DNA of 63,358 nucleotides, the filler included, from Craspedostauros australis (lineage: Eukaryota): the NCBI GenBank assembly GCA_030167865.1. It is 8 parts of 8 records of this genome, joined end to end, with 100 filler letters (N's around TTAATTAATTAA, not from the genome) between each part and the next. Parts side by side here need not be neighbours in the genome. Positions count along the whole stretch, not along the records: positions 6,996 to 34,528 come from JALAGF010005725.1; positions 34,629 to 36,480 come from JALAGF010005727.1; positions 36,581 to 45,388 come from JALAGF010005728.1; positions 45,489 to 54,988 come from JALAGF010005730.1; 4 more parts are not named here. One strand, 5' to 3'. Each line of letters begins with the position of its first letter. The first letter of the stretch is position 1. Shown here one piece after another: positions 34,240 to 46,909 of the stretch. The notes below the pieces were generated by a model that made no database searches, was not told the DNA's origin, and worked only from the letters and a program-made list of their open reading frames with translations. The translations under genes were made by a program, and so were the position numbers.

Positions 34240-34470
34240 GGAAATTCATTAACCAGCCCTTTTGAAGTGCCGATTTGCATCAACCAGCCTGTTTTGTGTT
34301 TCTTAGCGACCCAAAACGTCCAAATGTCCATACGACGTCCCGTGGACACAACATCTCACATCGACTCGCAAGTTTAGGTATAAATATAGACTACCTGCAC
34401 TACACACGAAAAGTATAAGCCACATCATACATGTTTAGCATAACCGCCATAGAATGCAATCAAATAGTCC
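34240..34470. repeat. Dispersed repeat with an inverted homologue at ~59625-59862
   Basis: AACCAGCCCTTTTGAAGTGCCGATTT...AAAACGTCC...TGGACACAA...ATCATACATGT shared in the opposite orientation on another scaffold. Confidence 0.8.
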
Positions 34471-37400
34471 ACTAAAATTTAATGCATCTAGTAAAAGGAA
34501 TAAATGGCTACCTTAGTTGTAGATGTGTNNNNNNNNNNNNNNNNNNNNNNNNNNNNNNNNNNNNNNNNNNNNTTAATTAATTAANNNNNNNNNNNNNNNN
34601 NNNNNNNNNNNNNNNNNNNNNNNNNNNNCGTGATACAACGAGGAAGTATGGCGGAAACGCTGAGTCCTCTCGAACCATCAAGCACGCAGACCCTGCGAAG
34701 TATCAGGCTGTGGATGACTTTGTTTCTCATTTCTGTTAAGCTGAAGCTCCGTTGTTTCTTCCATCTGCTGGGGTTGCATACCAGCATCCTGAACGCATTC
34801 CGAAATGGTGGCAACAAAAGCATTCCTGCACCTGACGATTGCAATCGTTGGCATCTCGTCTCAGGCATCTGGGAGTTGCTTCATGGCGTGATCTGGGCAC
34901 TCTTTGTTGTAGGGTCTGTGTGTCCTTCACAACTAACAGAACCAATGGAGTACGTGCTTCAAAGAAGGCCACTTCTTCAAATCAATCCCCAGTCCATCCT
35001 TTGTTCTCTCTGCTTCCTCGCGTGCGGGGAGTGCGATGTGTGATGGGTCGTTTGCATATGAGCACTGATGCGATCAGAGTAAACAGAAAAAGTAGAAGTC
35101 AATTGTTATGCAACTGTTTGCATGCGCCCACNNNNNNNNNNNNNNNNNNNNNNNNNNNNNNNNNNNNNNNNNNNNNNNNNNTTATGCAACTGTTTGCATG
35201 CGCCCACCTGCAGAAGTCTCTGCACCCCTGGATTCTTCGCACACTGGCAGCTGGGTGCCCATCGTTACCAGCCATACCAGTTCAGGATCCAGCTGTTGCC
35301 AAATGTTTACTCCAGAGAAAGAATGCGTACACAAGGAACCATCGATACGAACACAGAAACACGCAATGCACCGCAGCAGAGGGACAAGGGAGATTCAAAC
35401 CGTACCACTGATCACTTGAGATAGTGCTGCGTGAAGTCTCATGCGATGAGTACATGGTAGCGCCGCAACGGATATCGATATGTGCTTCAAGAGAGGCAGC
35501 AACCAACAAAAGATGCAAAAAGAGCAAAAGAGATCTGGTTGTGAGTAGGCCTTTGGATGATTGCCGCTGTTGGTTGCGTGCCGACGTAGGGTCGCTTGAG
35601 CCAAGAAGTGCAACATGTAATTCCATCTAAGATTGACGGGTGGACCACTGGCGCCACGAGTTGTCAATCAACAAATCGTGCTATATCGGCAACTCTCCCA
35701 GGGGGAAGTTCGTTGTACTCCAGAGGCATCGGTCTATCGTGCAGCGCCAATGTTCCTGCCCATGATGTGTCATTCACTTCATTGTCGCCAAACAGTCCTA
35801 TGTCTCCATTCACCACGTTTGGTTTTCGTTTGCGGTTTGAGCTCCACCGTGCTTGCCTGTAGATCTCTACCACCAGCGCCCCCTACTGTACTGCTTGCAT
35901 GCACTGNNNNNNNNNNNNNNNNNNNNNNNNNNNNNNNNNNNNNNNNNNNNNNNNNNTCTACCACCAGCGCCCCCTACTGTACTGCTTGCATGCACTGGCC
36001 CATGGAAGTACCCACACTTCTGGATTCTCCGCGCACTGGCAGTTCATGGCTGTCACCACCAGTTGTCCCAGTACATGACCTATTTGCTTGCAGGGGAGGA
36101 TCCCAAAACATAGATGACAACAAACAAAAGGGACAGAGATACGACAAAGAAATTGCGCCATACATTGCAGGAAGAGGATACAAGTAACAAAATAAATCAC
36201 CCACTGATTAACCGCTCCTTATCTACGGCTGCATCNNNNNNNNNNNNNNNNNNNNNNNNNNNNCTATGCGTGGCACGCGAAGGGGGCACGGACTCGGGTC
36301 TGTTGCGTTCCTTAATTTTGTGCTGGCGCCTGCGTTGACCGCCCCTGTGCAGTCCAGAAGCTATTGGCCACAGCCACCTTCATCCGCTTGTACAACGGCC
36401 CACCAGCAACAGGTCACCTGTAGTATGGCTGCTGCCTACTCCATCCATACCGCCAGACCTGATGCGGGACCTTGGCAGCCNNNNNNNNNNNNNNNNNNNN
36501 NNNNNNNNNNNNNNNNNNNNNNNNTTAATTAATTAANNNNNNNNNNNNNNNNNNNNNNNNNNNNNNNNNNNNNNNNNNNNATGTGTTCAGCAGGTAGTTG
36601 TTCCAAGCACTATACAGAGCATGGGTTGGACCTTTTTGTTAGTGCAAGCCTCTGCATAGTTGGACTCAATGACAGCATCGATACCATCTTCTGTGTCGAT
36701 GCCAATCCTGGTGTTGGTGTTGGCATGGTTGATGGCGATGGCGCTGTGTCACCGTTCACATCAAAGGGACACTTCTGCCCTTGTTTTGTTGGGATTTTGT
36801 GGAAACAATTTTGTCAATTTTTCGTATGATTTGGTATTATGATGCTAGTACTCGCGATGAGCGACAACAATACGCAGCATACGATAGTCCCATCGCAACG
36901 ATATCATGAAGGTATCGGTCGGAATCGTCGTTCAGTTACGACAATGGAGTTTGTCGCCTCGAGATACTCAAACGGAGATACTGCACGTAAAAATTGCATT
37001 TTATTTGCTCAATACGTGATTTCTGAGAAAGTGTAAAAGTTGTGCAAATCCTGGTGCGAAACCAACCACGCAATCCCACCGTCTCTGTCAGCGTTCACGA
37101 CGAGAATCGATCCGGCACAGAACGGATCATCTGCGTCACACGGTTCCAAATGAGAACTCCAAGCGCAACAAAGCTCGGGAGAAATGACCCAAACTCCCCT
37201 CAATTCACCCTTCAATGGGATGGCTTGCTCGTGCCATTGATAAAGTCTAAGCCATTTGATTGGCTGGAGTCGCCGGCCACGCCAAAAAATAGCCACTCGA
37301 ACCCCTCCAGTGAAACTCGAAGCTATGACCTACGAAGAATTCCTGAGAACGAAAATATGAGTCGAGAGCATTCTTTTCGCGGGAACATTTGTCATCGCCA

Positions 37401-37899
37401 AAACAACAAGTTTTAATTGGCTGGGCCAGTCATCTCCAATATCGACTAATTCGACCCTTTTTGCCGGGTGTCCCAGAGACGAACTTGGCCAGGAGGGATC
37501 GAGCCGGATGATCCAAGACAAGCTTGGAGGTGCTAGTAACCCTACCACCCAACGCAGACAAGCTATGTGTCTATTGGATTAGCCAACGATCAGTCTTCCC
37601 ATCAACACGGAGCGTGTGCGAGAGCATTCGTTCTGTGGCGATGACGATGACGATGGCCATGGTGGTGCTGTTGCAGACATTGCTGCAGAATACTGATACA
37701 GATCGTCACAACCGCAACGCTCACATGATGATCACCGTTGCCGTCAAGTATCTATTCACCGAGCATGCCAATACTCTCGCTCTCTCTCTCTCTCTCTGTT
37801 TCTGGAGAGAGACTTCGAACGATGCCGGCTGGTTGACTTGGTTCCTCACTCATTGATCGCCCAACCACAGAGACAGCCACAACCAGAAGAATCACAGCA

Positions 37900-38814
37900 A
37901 TGGCAGCATTGGCAGCAACAACGTGGTTGATGCATCAAAAGAGGATGATTGGTGCCATCTGCATCGTGTGCATGGTGCATGGTGGTGGCAACGACCTCAC
38001 TGTCGTCGCCATCCCCGTATCCTCACTCCAACGCAGCAGCAGCAGCAGCAGTCGCAGTAGCAGAAGCAACGGGAATGAGAATCACCAACCAATACGGAAG
38101 ATTGCCGTGATCGGCGGTGGCATCGCCAGTCTCTCCTTGGCGCATGCTTTCGAGAGCATCAGCAATACCGACACCAACGACACCAACGACAACAACGTCG
38201 CTTGGAAGGCATCATCCGAGGCCAAACACTTCCAGCAACAGATGCGACAGCAGATCGACGATGCCAAGATCCCCATGCACACCATCAGGCCCATCATCGA
38301 TCGATTCATCGACAAGGCCGATCGTTTCTTCGAGTTGGGGATCTACTTCCACAATCCCTTTGCGCGATGGACCAAGGCGATGATGGGCACCACCGGCAAC
38401 CGCAACGGCGACTGCAACGGCGACTGCAACGGCAACTGCAATGGAAGCACTTGCAAAGGCGTAGATGCGGCGCACGCCGTGCCACCATTCCTGGGACAGG
38501 GCGCCAATCAGGCCATCCAAGACGTCTACTGTCTGGCCAACGCCATTCGCCAATACAATATGCAGTGCGATGAACGAGCCAATGGCGGGATCAGCCTCGA
38601 AGACATCCTGCATATAGAATACAAGGACAAGAGATGGTCCACCACCACAAGCATCATGGACATCACAGGTGTCACGGCCAAGGCTGGTCTGCTGGGATAC
38701 CTGGAGGCCTCATCGGGGCCGTTGGCCAAGTTCTGGGACGTGTCCTTCTTCACCATGGACAAGACGGGCGTTGCGAAGAAGATCTTTTTGGATGCTGCCG
38801 TTCCAAGGGTATGA
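37900..38814 (+). pseudogene. FAD-dependent monooxygenase (salicylate hydroxylase / zeaxanthin epoxidase-like family), internally deleted copy
   Basis: KIAVIGGGIASL (GxGxxG ending in S) and DAAHAVPPFLGQGANQAIQD are present. The middle, including the DG motif seen in copy 2 (~41950-42790), is missing. Confidence 0.75.
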
Positions 38815-39210
38815 GAATGTATGGAGCGGTGTGAAATCAAGATGCGGCGAAGATAAGTTCCGTGGACTCTTTCGCTTTCTGTTAATAGACATTCCATTCT
38901 TCTCACCAACCACAACACGCAATCAACTGATCAACCAACCATCTCCCTTATCCTGTGCCACGACCACGAGCACACATGCATCGAGTACGCCCATCCTCAA
39001 CCAACGCATTATCATTATTCGGAGTAAGGCTGCACAGCATCCTATTGTACTCGTGACATGGAACGTACTCGTACTATCTCAATCATCGGTGCACTCCGCC
39101 TTGCTTTGCAAACTGTCGAGTGGAACCTTCGTCGCTTCGACGAGTGTGGCCAGTCCGCTATCACTTCCGATGCTCTGGCAGAAGCGCTTTGGTCTATTCC
39201 AGACGACATC

Positions 39211-40581
39211 TCAGCCTTGCTGGTTCTTCTCGTGGGCAATGGAATCCTTCTCAACTTGGACGAGCTGATCCGCTCTCTTGTCGTCCCATGCCTGCTTCAA
39301 CATCTCACTGCCCTGCAGAAGAAGATGGAAAGTCTCGCTCATGGGATCCTTTGCACCCAATGTATTCCAACGTCGGCGTCTTGTCATCAGCATCTTCCCA
39401 AACAGGGCCAGCGGCCGCGACCATGTTGGAAGCGAACACAGTGCTGCTCTCACCTTGTTGCAATAATTTCGCCGCAAGATACGTCTAACAAGTGCATAGT
39501 ACCAATGGGCATGTTCGTTGGGCGGGCGTGGTCGAATGCGGAGATAGGTGAGTTGGGTAGTCTGCTCCAAGGCTTGCTGAAGTGCTTCCATTTGTGCTGG
39601 GAGGGTCTCAGGCGGAACCGTGGACATGTCGGGCTTCCAGAACTCCAAGTATGTGAGACATGACAAGCTCTTGTTTCCCAGAAGCGATATCAAAATGTCG
39701 AACCATGCACCCCGCTGTTGTCGCGATAGCGCGTCCCAAATACCAGAAACCTCTAGGCTCTTCAGGTGTGATGCATCTGAAAGGAGTTTGATGATCCGCT
39801 CGATTTCTTGTTGTGAGTAGATTCGTTGGCCGTTAGAGAGCCGCGACCAATCGATTTCGAGCTGGTTGATGTGCTTGTTTGACTGGAGTAGCTTTGCCAA
39901 GCTATCGCAAGTGATACGGGTGCTATCAAAGGATACTCCGGTGATGCCGCAGTTGTTTGGAGACAGCCATCTGCACAAATCAGCGCCCCCATTGGCGAGC
40001 TTACACNNATTAAAGTCAACGTATTTGGAGTTTTGAGAGATGTTGAACATGAGCTTGTCGCAATCAACAAGATCACAAAAATACAAACCCACACAATTTG
40101 TCACAAGAGGGATGTCGTGGAGCTGCTTCATCTCCACGAAGGACTTGTCCAATTCGATGCATTCGTCGAATGAAGATTTGAGTGGATGTTTAGCAGCCAA
40201 TCGAATTACGAAGCGAATCGCTCGCTTGTCTTCTCCGAATTGGTCAATGGTGCCGAATTCCAGATACAGGGATCCAATGCACATCTGCCTGTCGCCCTTG
40301 TCAGAACTGTCTCTCAGCAGAACACGAGGTGACAAAGTAACGTTCTTGTGCCGCTTCACCATCGATTTCAAGTCATCAAAAGTGAATCCTGATTTGATCG
40401 CCATGTCCCAGTGTTCCTTCCGCTTGGGTGTGACACTGTAGCAGTCGATCTGCTTTGCTGTTGAGCACTGCGCGTTGAACACGGTCTTCGATGACAGCTC
40501 TTTGCCATGGAGCTGTTTCCAAAATGCCTCGAAGTGAAGGTCATGGTTGGTGTTGGCGACATCATCCATGTTGCAGTTCAT
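39211..40581 (-). CDS. LRR/RNI-like protein, paralogue A, 456 aa
   Basis: Repeated xLxLxx-type strands (IGSLYLEF, INQLEID, LKSLEVSG, LTYLEF, LTYLRI) separated by helical segments. Homologous to 44342-45388 and 53778-54988. Confidence 0.7.
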   Translation of the reverse strand: MNCNMDDVANTNHDLHFEAFWKQLHGKELSSKTVFNAQCSTAKQIDCYSVTPKRKEHWDMAIKSGFTFDDLKSMVKRHKNVTLSPRVLLRDSSDKGDRQMCIGSLYLEFGTIDQFGEDKRAIRFVIRLAAKHPLKSSFDECIELDKSFVEMKQLHDIPLVTNCVGLYFCDLVDCDKLMFNISQNSKYVDFNXCKLANGGADLCRWLSPNNCGITGVSFDSTRITCDSLAKLLQSNKHINQLEIDWSRLSNGQRIYSQQEIERIIKLLSDASHLKSLEVSGIWDALSRQQRGAWFDILISLLGNKSLSCLTYLEFWKPDMSTVPPETLPAQMEALQQALEQTTQLTYLRIRPRPPNEHAHWYYALVRRILRRNYCNKVRAALCSLPTWSRPLALFGKMLMTRRRRWNTLGAKDPMSETFHLLLQGSEMLKQAWDDKRADQLVQVEKDSIAHEKNQQG

Positions 40582-41659
40582 CCGTTTCTTGTTGTCACTG
40601 TCGTCGCAGTTGTTACGGCTGANNNNNNNNNNNNNNNNNNNNNNNNNNNNNNNNNNNNNNNNNNNNNNNNNNAATCGTATGAGTAGAGCTGACAGAGCAG
40701 GCAGAGTATGTAGAGTAGGTATGTGGTCCCAAATCAGTTGCGCTTGGATGGCGATTATGAGCCCATCTGCTCAAGTTTGCTGTCCTCCATGTCATGATCC
40801 TGTGCATTGATCACGAAGCAACATATCGTCAGTCAACACGCCTCCATGGACTTGCGCAGTTCCGCCACTGTGTATGACATGCTATGCGATGGTATGGTAT
40901 GGCGTGGTATGATATGATATGACCGTGGACAGCTACATCATGATCCGAAGCTGACTAGCTCGCTCGCTCGCACGATACGACCTTCGATGGTACCCAACTT
41001 GTCCACGCTGTGAAGTTGTGCCTCTTCATGTGATACCATTGTTTGTGTAATATGAGTAGGCACATCCCTCTGTGATGGTCTTGGGGGAGTCAACCATTAT
41101 GCCATACGAATGCATACTATCCGTACTCCGATCGGTACAGTTCTTCGACAGTTGGATGTCATCGAACGACTCCAATGGGCGGATCCGCAATGTGACGAAT
41201 CCACCACGATGACTTCTTCGGTGGACATCGAAGGCGATTCTCACGTTTTGCTGAGAGGATGATGACGATGACGATGGTGACATCACTCGTGTTTCAATCG
41301 ACAACAAACGTATCCAGGACTCATCTCGCCTCACCCAATCATTGCGAACTCTGTGACGAATGATCAACCATCAGTCTTCCCATCAACACGGAGCGTGTGC
41401 GAGAGGATTCGTTCTGTGGCGATGACGATGACGATGGCCATGGTGGTGCTTCTGCAGACATCGCTGCAGAAGACTGAGACAGATCGTCACAACCGCAACA
41501 CTCACTGATGATCACCGTTGCCATCAAGCGTCTATCCGCAGAGTACGCAAACCAGCACTCTCTCTCCAGAGACTTCGAGCAATGCCGGCTGGTTGACTTG
41601 GTTCCTCACTCATTGATCGCCCAACCACAGAGACAGCCACAATCAGAAGAATCACAGCA

Positions 41660-43420
41660 ATGGCGGCATTGGCAACAATGACACCAACGACGTGGTTGAT
41701 GCATCAAAAGAGGATGATTGGTGCCATCTACATTGCGTGCATGGTGCATGGTGGTGGCAACGAACTCACTGCCATCCCCGTCGTCCCCGTCATCCTCACT
41801 CCAACACAGAAGCGAAGCAGCAGAAGCAGCAGCAATGGGAGTGGGAATGAGAATCGCCAACCAATACGGAAGATCGCAGTCATTGGTGGTGGCATCGCCG
41901 GTCTCTTCTTGGCGCATGCTTTCGAGAACAACAACGGCAACGATGCACACAACATTGATGTGATATGCTTCGATGTGACATGCTTCTATGCGAGACCAGA
42001 ATTGGACGTCGTTGCAGGTGTGGGTGTGCAGCTTAACGGTGGCATGGCGGTGCTGAAGCAGATCTATCCGTCCCTGCAGCGTGCGGCGGCCAATGTCACG
42101 CTGCCGTTGACGACCGTGCGATGCAAGACCAACAACTGGATCTCATTCAACGAGGAGTTCCAGCTGCTGCACTTCAATCTCAGACAGATGACCATGGATG
42201 CGGAGTGACGCCACGACGAAGGCGCTGATCCAGGAGGAAGGCGAGGTCATGGCGTACCGTCCTCCATCATGCGAAGAGCGTTGCAGGAGGCGCTGCTTGA
42301 GGAGGTGGAGGTGACGCCCGTGCATCTTGGCAAAGCAAGTGATGAATGTGGAATATGAAAAGATGGAGAAGCGAGATGCCATCCATCTTGCGTTTGAAGA
42401 TGGAACGAGGGATGGGTCGTACTGGTACGATATGGTGGTGGGCTGCGATGGTGTCAACAGCGTCGTCAAGCAGTACAACAACGGCGATGTGCGGTCGCCA
42501 TCAGACAGTCAACGCAATTCTCCAGCTGTGTACTCGGGCATCCGCATCCAGTACGCCATCCAGGATGTCGCCAAAGAAGACAGCGACAACAACAGCGACC
42601 GCGGTAGCGACGACGGAATGAACACAACTACACATGATTCCGTCCTGCAGCAACACTTTGGCAACGGCACCTACTGCCTCGCTGGTAACTACCGCAGCGG
42701 CATCAAGCGCGGCACCACCCGATGCTGCTTCATCATTTTCCGCAACGCCTTGCTCTTCTCCAAGCCCGCCGTCAGCAAGGATGACGAGAACGTCACTTGG
42801 AAGGCATCATCCAAGGCCGAGCGCATCCAGCAACAGATGTGACAGCAGATCGATGATGCCAAGGCCTCCACGCACGCCACAAGGACCATCATCGATCGAC
42901 TCGTCGACAAGGCCGATCGATTCTTCGAGTTGGGGGTCTAGCTCCACAATGCCTTTGCGCGATGGACCAGATCGATGATGGCCACCAACGGAAATCGCAA
43001 CTGCAACCGCAATGGAAGCACCGGTGCAGACAAGGTCGCCATCCTGACTGTCTGCGGTGATGCGGCGCACGTCCATGTCCCCGTTCCTTGGACATGGCAC
43101 CAATCGGGCCATCCAAGATGCCTACTGTCTGGTCAACGCCATTCAGCAGTACACCATGCATTACAATGGACAAGCCAATGGTGGCAACAGCCTCAAGAAC
43201 ATCCTGAAGACAGAATACAAGGACAAGCGATGGCCTACCACCACGACCATCATGGACATCACGGCCACCTAGGGCATCATGGCCAAGGTTGGTCTGCTGG
43301 GGTACCTGGAGGCCTCGTCGAGATCGTTCGCAAAGTTCCGGGATGTGTCCTTCTTCACCATGGACAAAACAGTCGTTGCGAAGAAGATCTTTCTGGATGC
43401 TGCCATTCCGAGGGTATGAG
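41660..43420 (+). pseudogene. FAD-dependent monooxygenase pseudogene, copy 2
   Basis: KIAVIGGGIAGL, VVGCDGVNSVVK and CGDAAH motifs lie in different ORFs. Stops include TGA 42840-42842 (CGA in copy 1), and there are several frameshifts. Confidence 0.85.
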
Positions 43421-44341
43421 AATGCATGGAGCGGCGCGAAATCGCGCTGTGGTGCAGAAAGGTTCTGTGGACGGCTTTCGCTTGTTGTTGATGGACCAGC
43501 CATACTCATACGATCTAGACATTCCATACTTCTCACCAACCACAACACGCAATCACAAGCGAACACTTCCCAATCAACCAATCAATCAACTGATCAACCA
43601 ACCATCTCCCTTTCTCTGTGCCACGAGCACGAGTACACATGCATCGAGTACGCCCATGCTCGACCAACGCATTATNATTATTCGGAGTAAGGCTGCACAG
43701 TATCCTATTGTACTCGTGACATCGAACGTACTCGTACTATCTCAATCATCGGTGCACTCCGCCTTGCTTTGCAAACTGTCGAGTGGAAGCTTCGTCGCTT
43801 TGACGAGTATGGCCAGTCCGCTGTCACTTCCGATGCTCTGGCAGAAGCGCTTTGATCTATTCCAGGCAGCATCNNNNNNNNNNNNNNNNNNNNNNNNNNN
43901 NNNNNNNNNNNNNNNNNNNNNNNCTGTGGACGGCTTTCGCTTGTTGTTGATGGACCAGCCATACTCATACGATCTAGACATTCCATACTTCTCACCAACC
44001 ACAACACGCAATCACAAGCGAACACTTCCCAATCAACCAATCAATCAACTGATCAACCAACCATCTCCCTTTCTCTGTGCCACGAGCACGAGTACACATG
44101 CATCGAGTACGCCCATGCTCGACCAACGCATTATCATTATTCGGAGTAAGGCTGCACAGTATCCTATTGTACTCGTGACATCGAACGTACTCGTACTATC
44201 TCAATCATCGGTGCACTCCGCCTTGCTTTGCAAACTGTCGAGTGGAAGCTTCGTCGCTTTGACGAGTATGGCCAGTCCGCTGTCACTTCCGATGCTCTGG
44301 CAGAAGCGCTTTGATCTATTCCAGGCAGCATCTCGTCTTTG

Positions 44342-45388
44342 CTAGTTCTTCTCGTGGGCAATGGAATCTTTCTCAAGTTGGACGAGCTGATCCGCTCTCT
44401 TGTCGTCCCATGCCCGCTTCAACATGTCACTGCCCTGCAGCAGAAGATGGAAAGTCTCGTTCGTGGGATCCATTGTACCCATTAGACCCACTGCATCCAT
44501 TCTACCCCGACGTTTGTTTGTTCTCATCAGCATCTCCCCAAACAGGGCCAGTGGCCGCGACCATGTTGGAAGGGAACACAGCACTGCTCTCACCTTGTTG
44601 CGATGATTTCGCCGCAAGATACGTTCAACAAGCGCATCGTACCAAGGGGCATGTTCGTTGGGCGGGCGTGGTCGAATGTGGAGATAGGTGAGTTGGGTAG
44701 TCTGCTCCAAGGCTTGCTGAAGTGCTTCCATTTGTGTCGAGGAGATCTCAGGCCGAACTTCAAACATGCCGAGATCCCAGAACTCCAAGTATGTGAGAGA
44801 TGACAAGCTCTTGTTTCCCAGGAGTGATATCAAAATGTCGAACCATGTATCTTGTTCTTGTCGCGATAACCCGTTCCAAATACCAGAAATCTCTAGGCTC
44901 TTCAGGTGCGATGCATCTGAAAGGAGTTGGATGATCTGGTCGATTTCTTGTCGTGAGTAGGTTCGTTGCCGGTTGTAGTCCCCAAAGAAACTGATTCCGA
45001 GCTTGTTGATGTGCTTGTTTGACTGGAATAGCGTTGCCAAGCTATCGCGAGTGATAAGGGTGATTTTAAAGGATACTTCGGTGACGCTGCAATTGTTTGG
45101 AGACAGCCATCTGCACAAATCAGCGCCCCCATTGGCGAGCTTACAGCATTCAAACTTAACGTATTTCGGGTTTTGGGAGATGTTGAACATGAGTTTGTCG
45201 CAATCAACAAGATCACAATGCAACAATTTTACACGATGTGTCACAAGAGGGATGTCGTGGAGCTGTTTCATCTTCGGAAAGGGTGGACTCAAGCAGATGC
45301 CTCCGTCGAATGAAGATTTGAGTGGATGTTTAGCAGCCAATCGAAGTACGAAGCGAATTGCTTGCTTGTCTTCTTCTCCGAATTGGTC
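44342..45388 (-). CDS. LRR/RNI-like protein, paralogue B (5' truncated by scaffold end)
   Basis: Colinear with paralogue A; frame open to the N gap. Confidence 0.7.
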   Translation of the reverse strand, partial: DQFGEEDKQAIRFVLRLAAKHPLKSSFDGGICLSPPFPKMKQLHDIPLVTHRVKLLHCDLVDCDKLMFNISQNPKYVKFECCKLANGGADLCRWLSPNNCSVTEVSFKITLITRDSLATLFQSNKHINKLGISFFGDYNRQRTYSRQEIDQIIQLLSDASHLKSLEISGIWNGLSRQEQDTWFDILISLLGNKSLSSLTYLEFWDLGMFEVRPEISSTQMEALQQALEQTTQLTYLHIRPRPPNEHAPWYDALVERILRRNHRNKVRAVLCSLPTWSRPLALFGEMLMRTNKRRGRMDAVGLMGTMDPTNETFHLLLQGSDMLKRAWDDKRADQLVQLEKDSIAHEKN

Positions 45389-45718
45389 NNNNNNNNNNNN
45401 NNNNNNNNNNNNNNNNNNNNNNNNNNNNNNNNTTAATTAATTAANNNNNNNNNNNNNNNNNNNNNNNNNNNNNNNNNNNNNNNNNNNNCTTGTCCACCGA
45501 TGAGACTATCCCTTTGTAGCGTGCTTCTTTTCATCCGAAGGTCGTACCTTGCCGACACATCAACGACGACGACCCCCTGATGACACCTCGTCTCATCCTG
45601 CCGTAATTCTCGTACACCAAATCGCCCACTGCCATACTCGTATGAATACTGACACAATGGCATTCCTATCAATTATACTATGCAATGCGATACAACTCTA
45701 TGCTCGTTATCATCTCAG

Positions 45719-46766
45719 ATCCTTCACGAAGAACTACTTCTTGACGCATTTCCATTCCGACCACTACGGTGGCATCACATCCGCATGGAACCAAGGCATC
45801 ATCTACTGCTCGCTGCCGACCGCGAATCTGGTCAATGCACAGCTCGGAGTTGACAAGAAATACCTGCATCCATTGCCCATGATGGTACCCACGGTCGTGG
45901 AGAGCAGGGGCAAGGCCGTGACTGTGACGTTGCTGGATGCCAACCATTGTCCCGGTGCCGTCATGTTCCTCTTCCAGGTCGGCACGAAGCATATCCTCCA
46001 CGTTGGCGATTTCCGATGGAGCCGCGACATCATGTTCCATCAGCAGTACCTCAAGCCATTTCTCTTCAGCCGGAAGTTGCGGCTCGATGAGCTGTTCCTG
46101 GATACGACGTACTGCAATCCCAAGTACACGTTGCCGTCGCAGGAGCAGACCGTCCAGGCAACGCTCAAGGTCGTGCAGGATGAAGTGAAGCGGGCGAAAG
46201 AGAGCGGCAGCAGAGTCCTCCATTTGTTCGGTGCGTACACGATCGGGAAAGAACGCATGTACATGGCCGTTGCCCAGCACTTCGGATGGCGCATCTTCGT
46301 CGATAGGCGGCGGTACCGTGTCTTGCAAGCATCAGGGTGGCCCCCAGAGCAAATGACACTATTCACGACGACGCCGACCAACGACAGCTGTATCTGGGTT
46401 GTGCCTATGGGAGACCTCAACATGAAGAAGCTCCCGAAATATTTTGAGACTGCAATGTCGCTCTCATTGGCGTCGCCTGGCGTGGCACCATGCGATCGTA
46501 TCGTTGGGTATTCGCCGACGGGCTGGTCGCTGTCGGCCAAGCCAGGACGCGGACTGGTGGGCAAACGATCCTCCGGCAAAATCACCATCTACTCTGTTCC
46601 CTACAGCGAGCATTCCAGCTTTCCCGAACTCGTGGACTGCTTGAAATGCCTGAACCCCAGGAGGACAATTCCCACCGTCTCCGTATCGAAGACGAAGGAG
46701 CAGCTGGCGTTGCTCGAAAAGGGGGCGAGAGAAACGCAGACCACAATTCAACTTCGGTCCTCATAG
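45719..46766 (+). CDS. SNM1: DNA cross-link repair nuclease SNM1/PSO2 (metallo-beta-lactamase + beta-CASP), last exon; 5' part missing
   Basis: FLTHFHSDHYGG, DANHCPGA, LHVGDFR, LDTTYC, GAYTIGKER, PTGW, VPYSEHSSFPEL; acceptor CATCTCAG ending at 45718. Confidence 0.9.
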
Positions 46767-46909
46767 CTCGTCGAGATCTGTTCCTTTCGAGTATTTTACA
46801 GACGCATTTGATGAAACCTCATCGTGCTTACGAGTATGTCAGTATGTGTACATGTGTACATGTATGGATGGTGCTCGCCCACTACGAGTATCCCTCTGCG
46901 AGAACACCA

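Larger units (their letters stand above)
37589..40620. repeat. Segmental duplication unit 1 (monooxygenase fragment + LRR-like gene); unit 2 at 41370-45388
   Basis: Both units begin ATCAGTCTTCCCATCAACACGGAGCGTGTGCGAGAG and are colinear through both genes. Confidence 0.9.

Noticed and set aside
34629..36480. Short ORFs on a small gapped scaffold
   Set aside because: No recognisable domain; only a weak internal repeat (35195-35290 vs 35987-36080).
43465..44332. 409-bp direct repeat (43465-43873 / 43924-44332)
   Set aside because: Identical copies either side of an N gap indicate an unmerged contig overlap. The same applies at 35106/35182, 35866/35957 and 51002/51120.
42975..44345. 456-aa plus-strand ORF
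   Set aside because: Out-of-frame pseudogene tail plus 3' flank, read through an N gap and an artefactual duplication.
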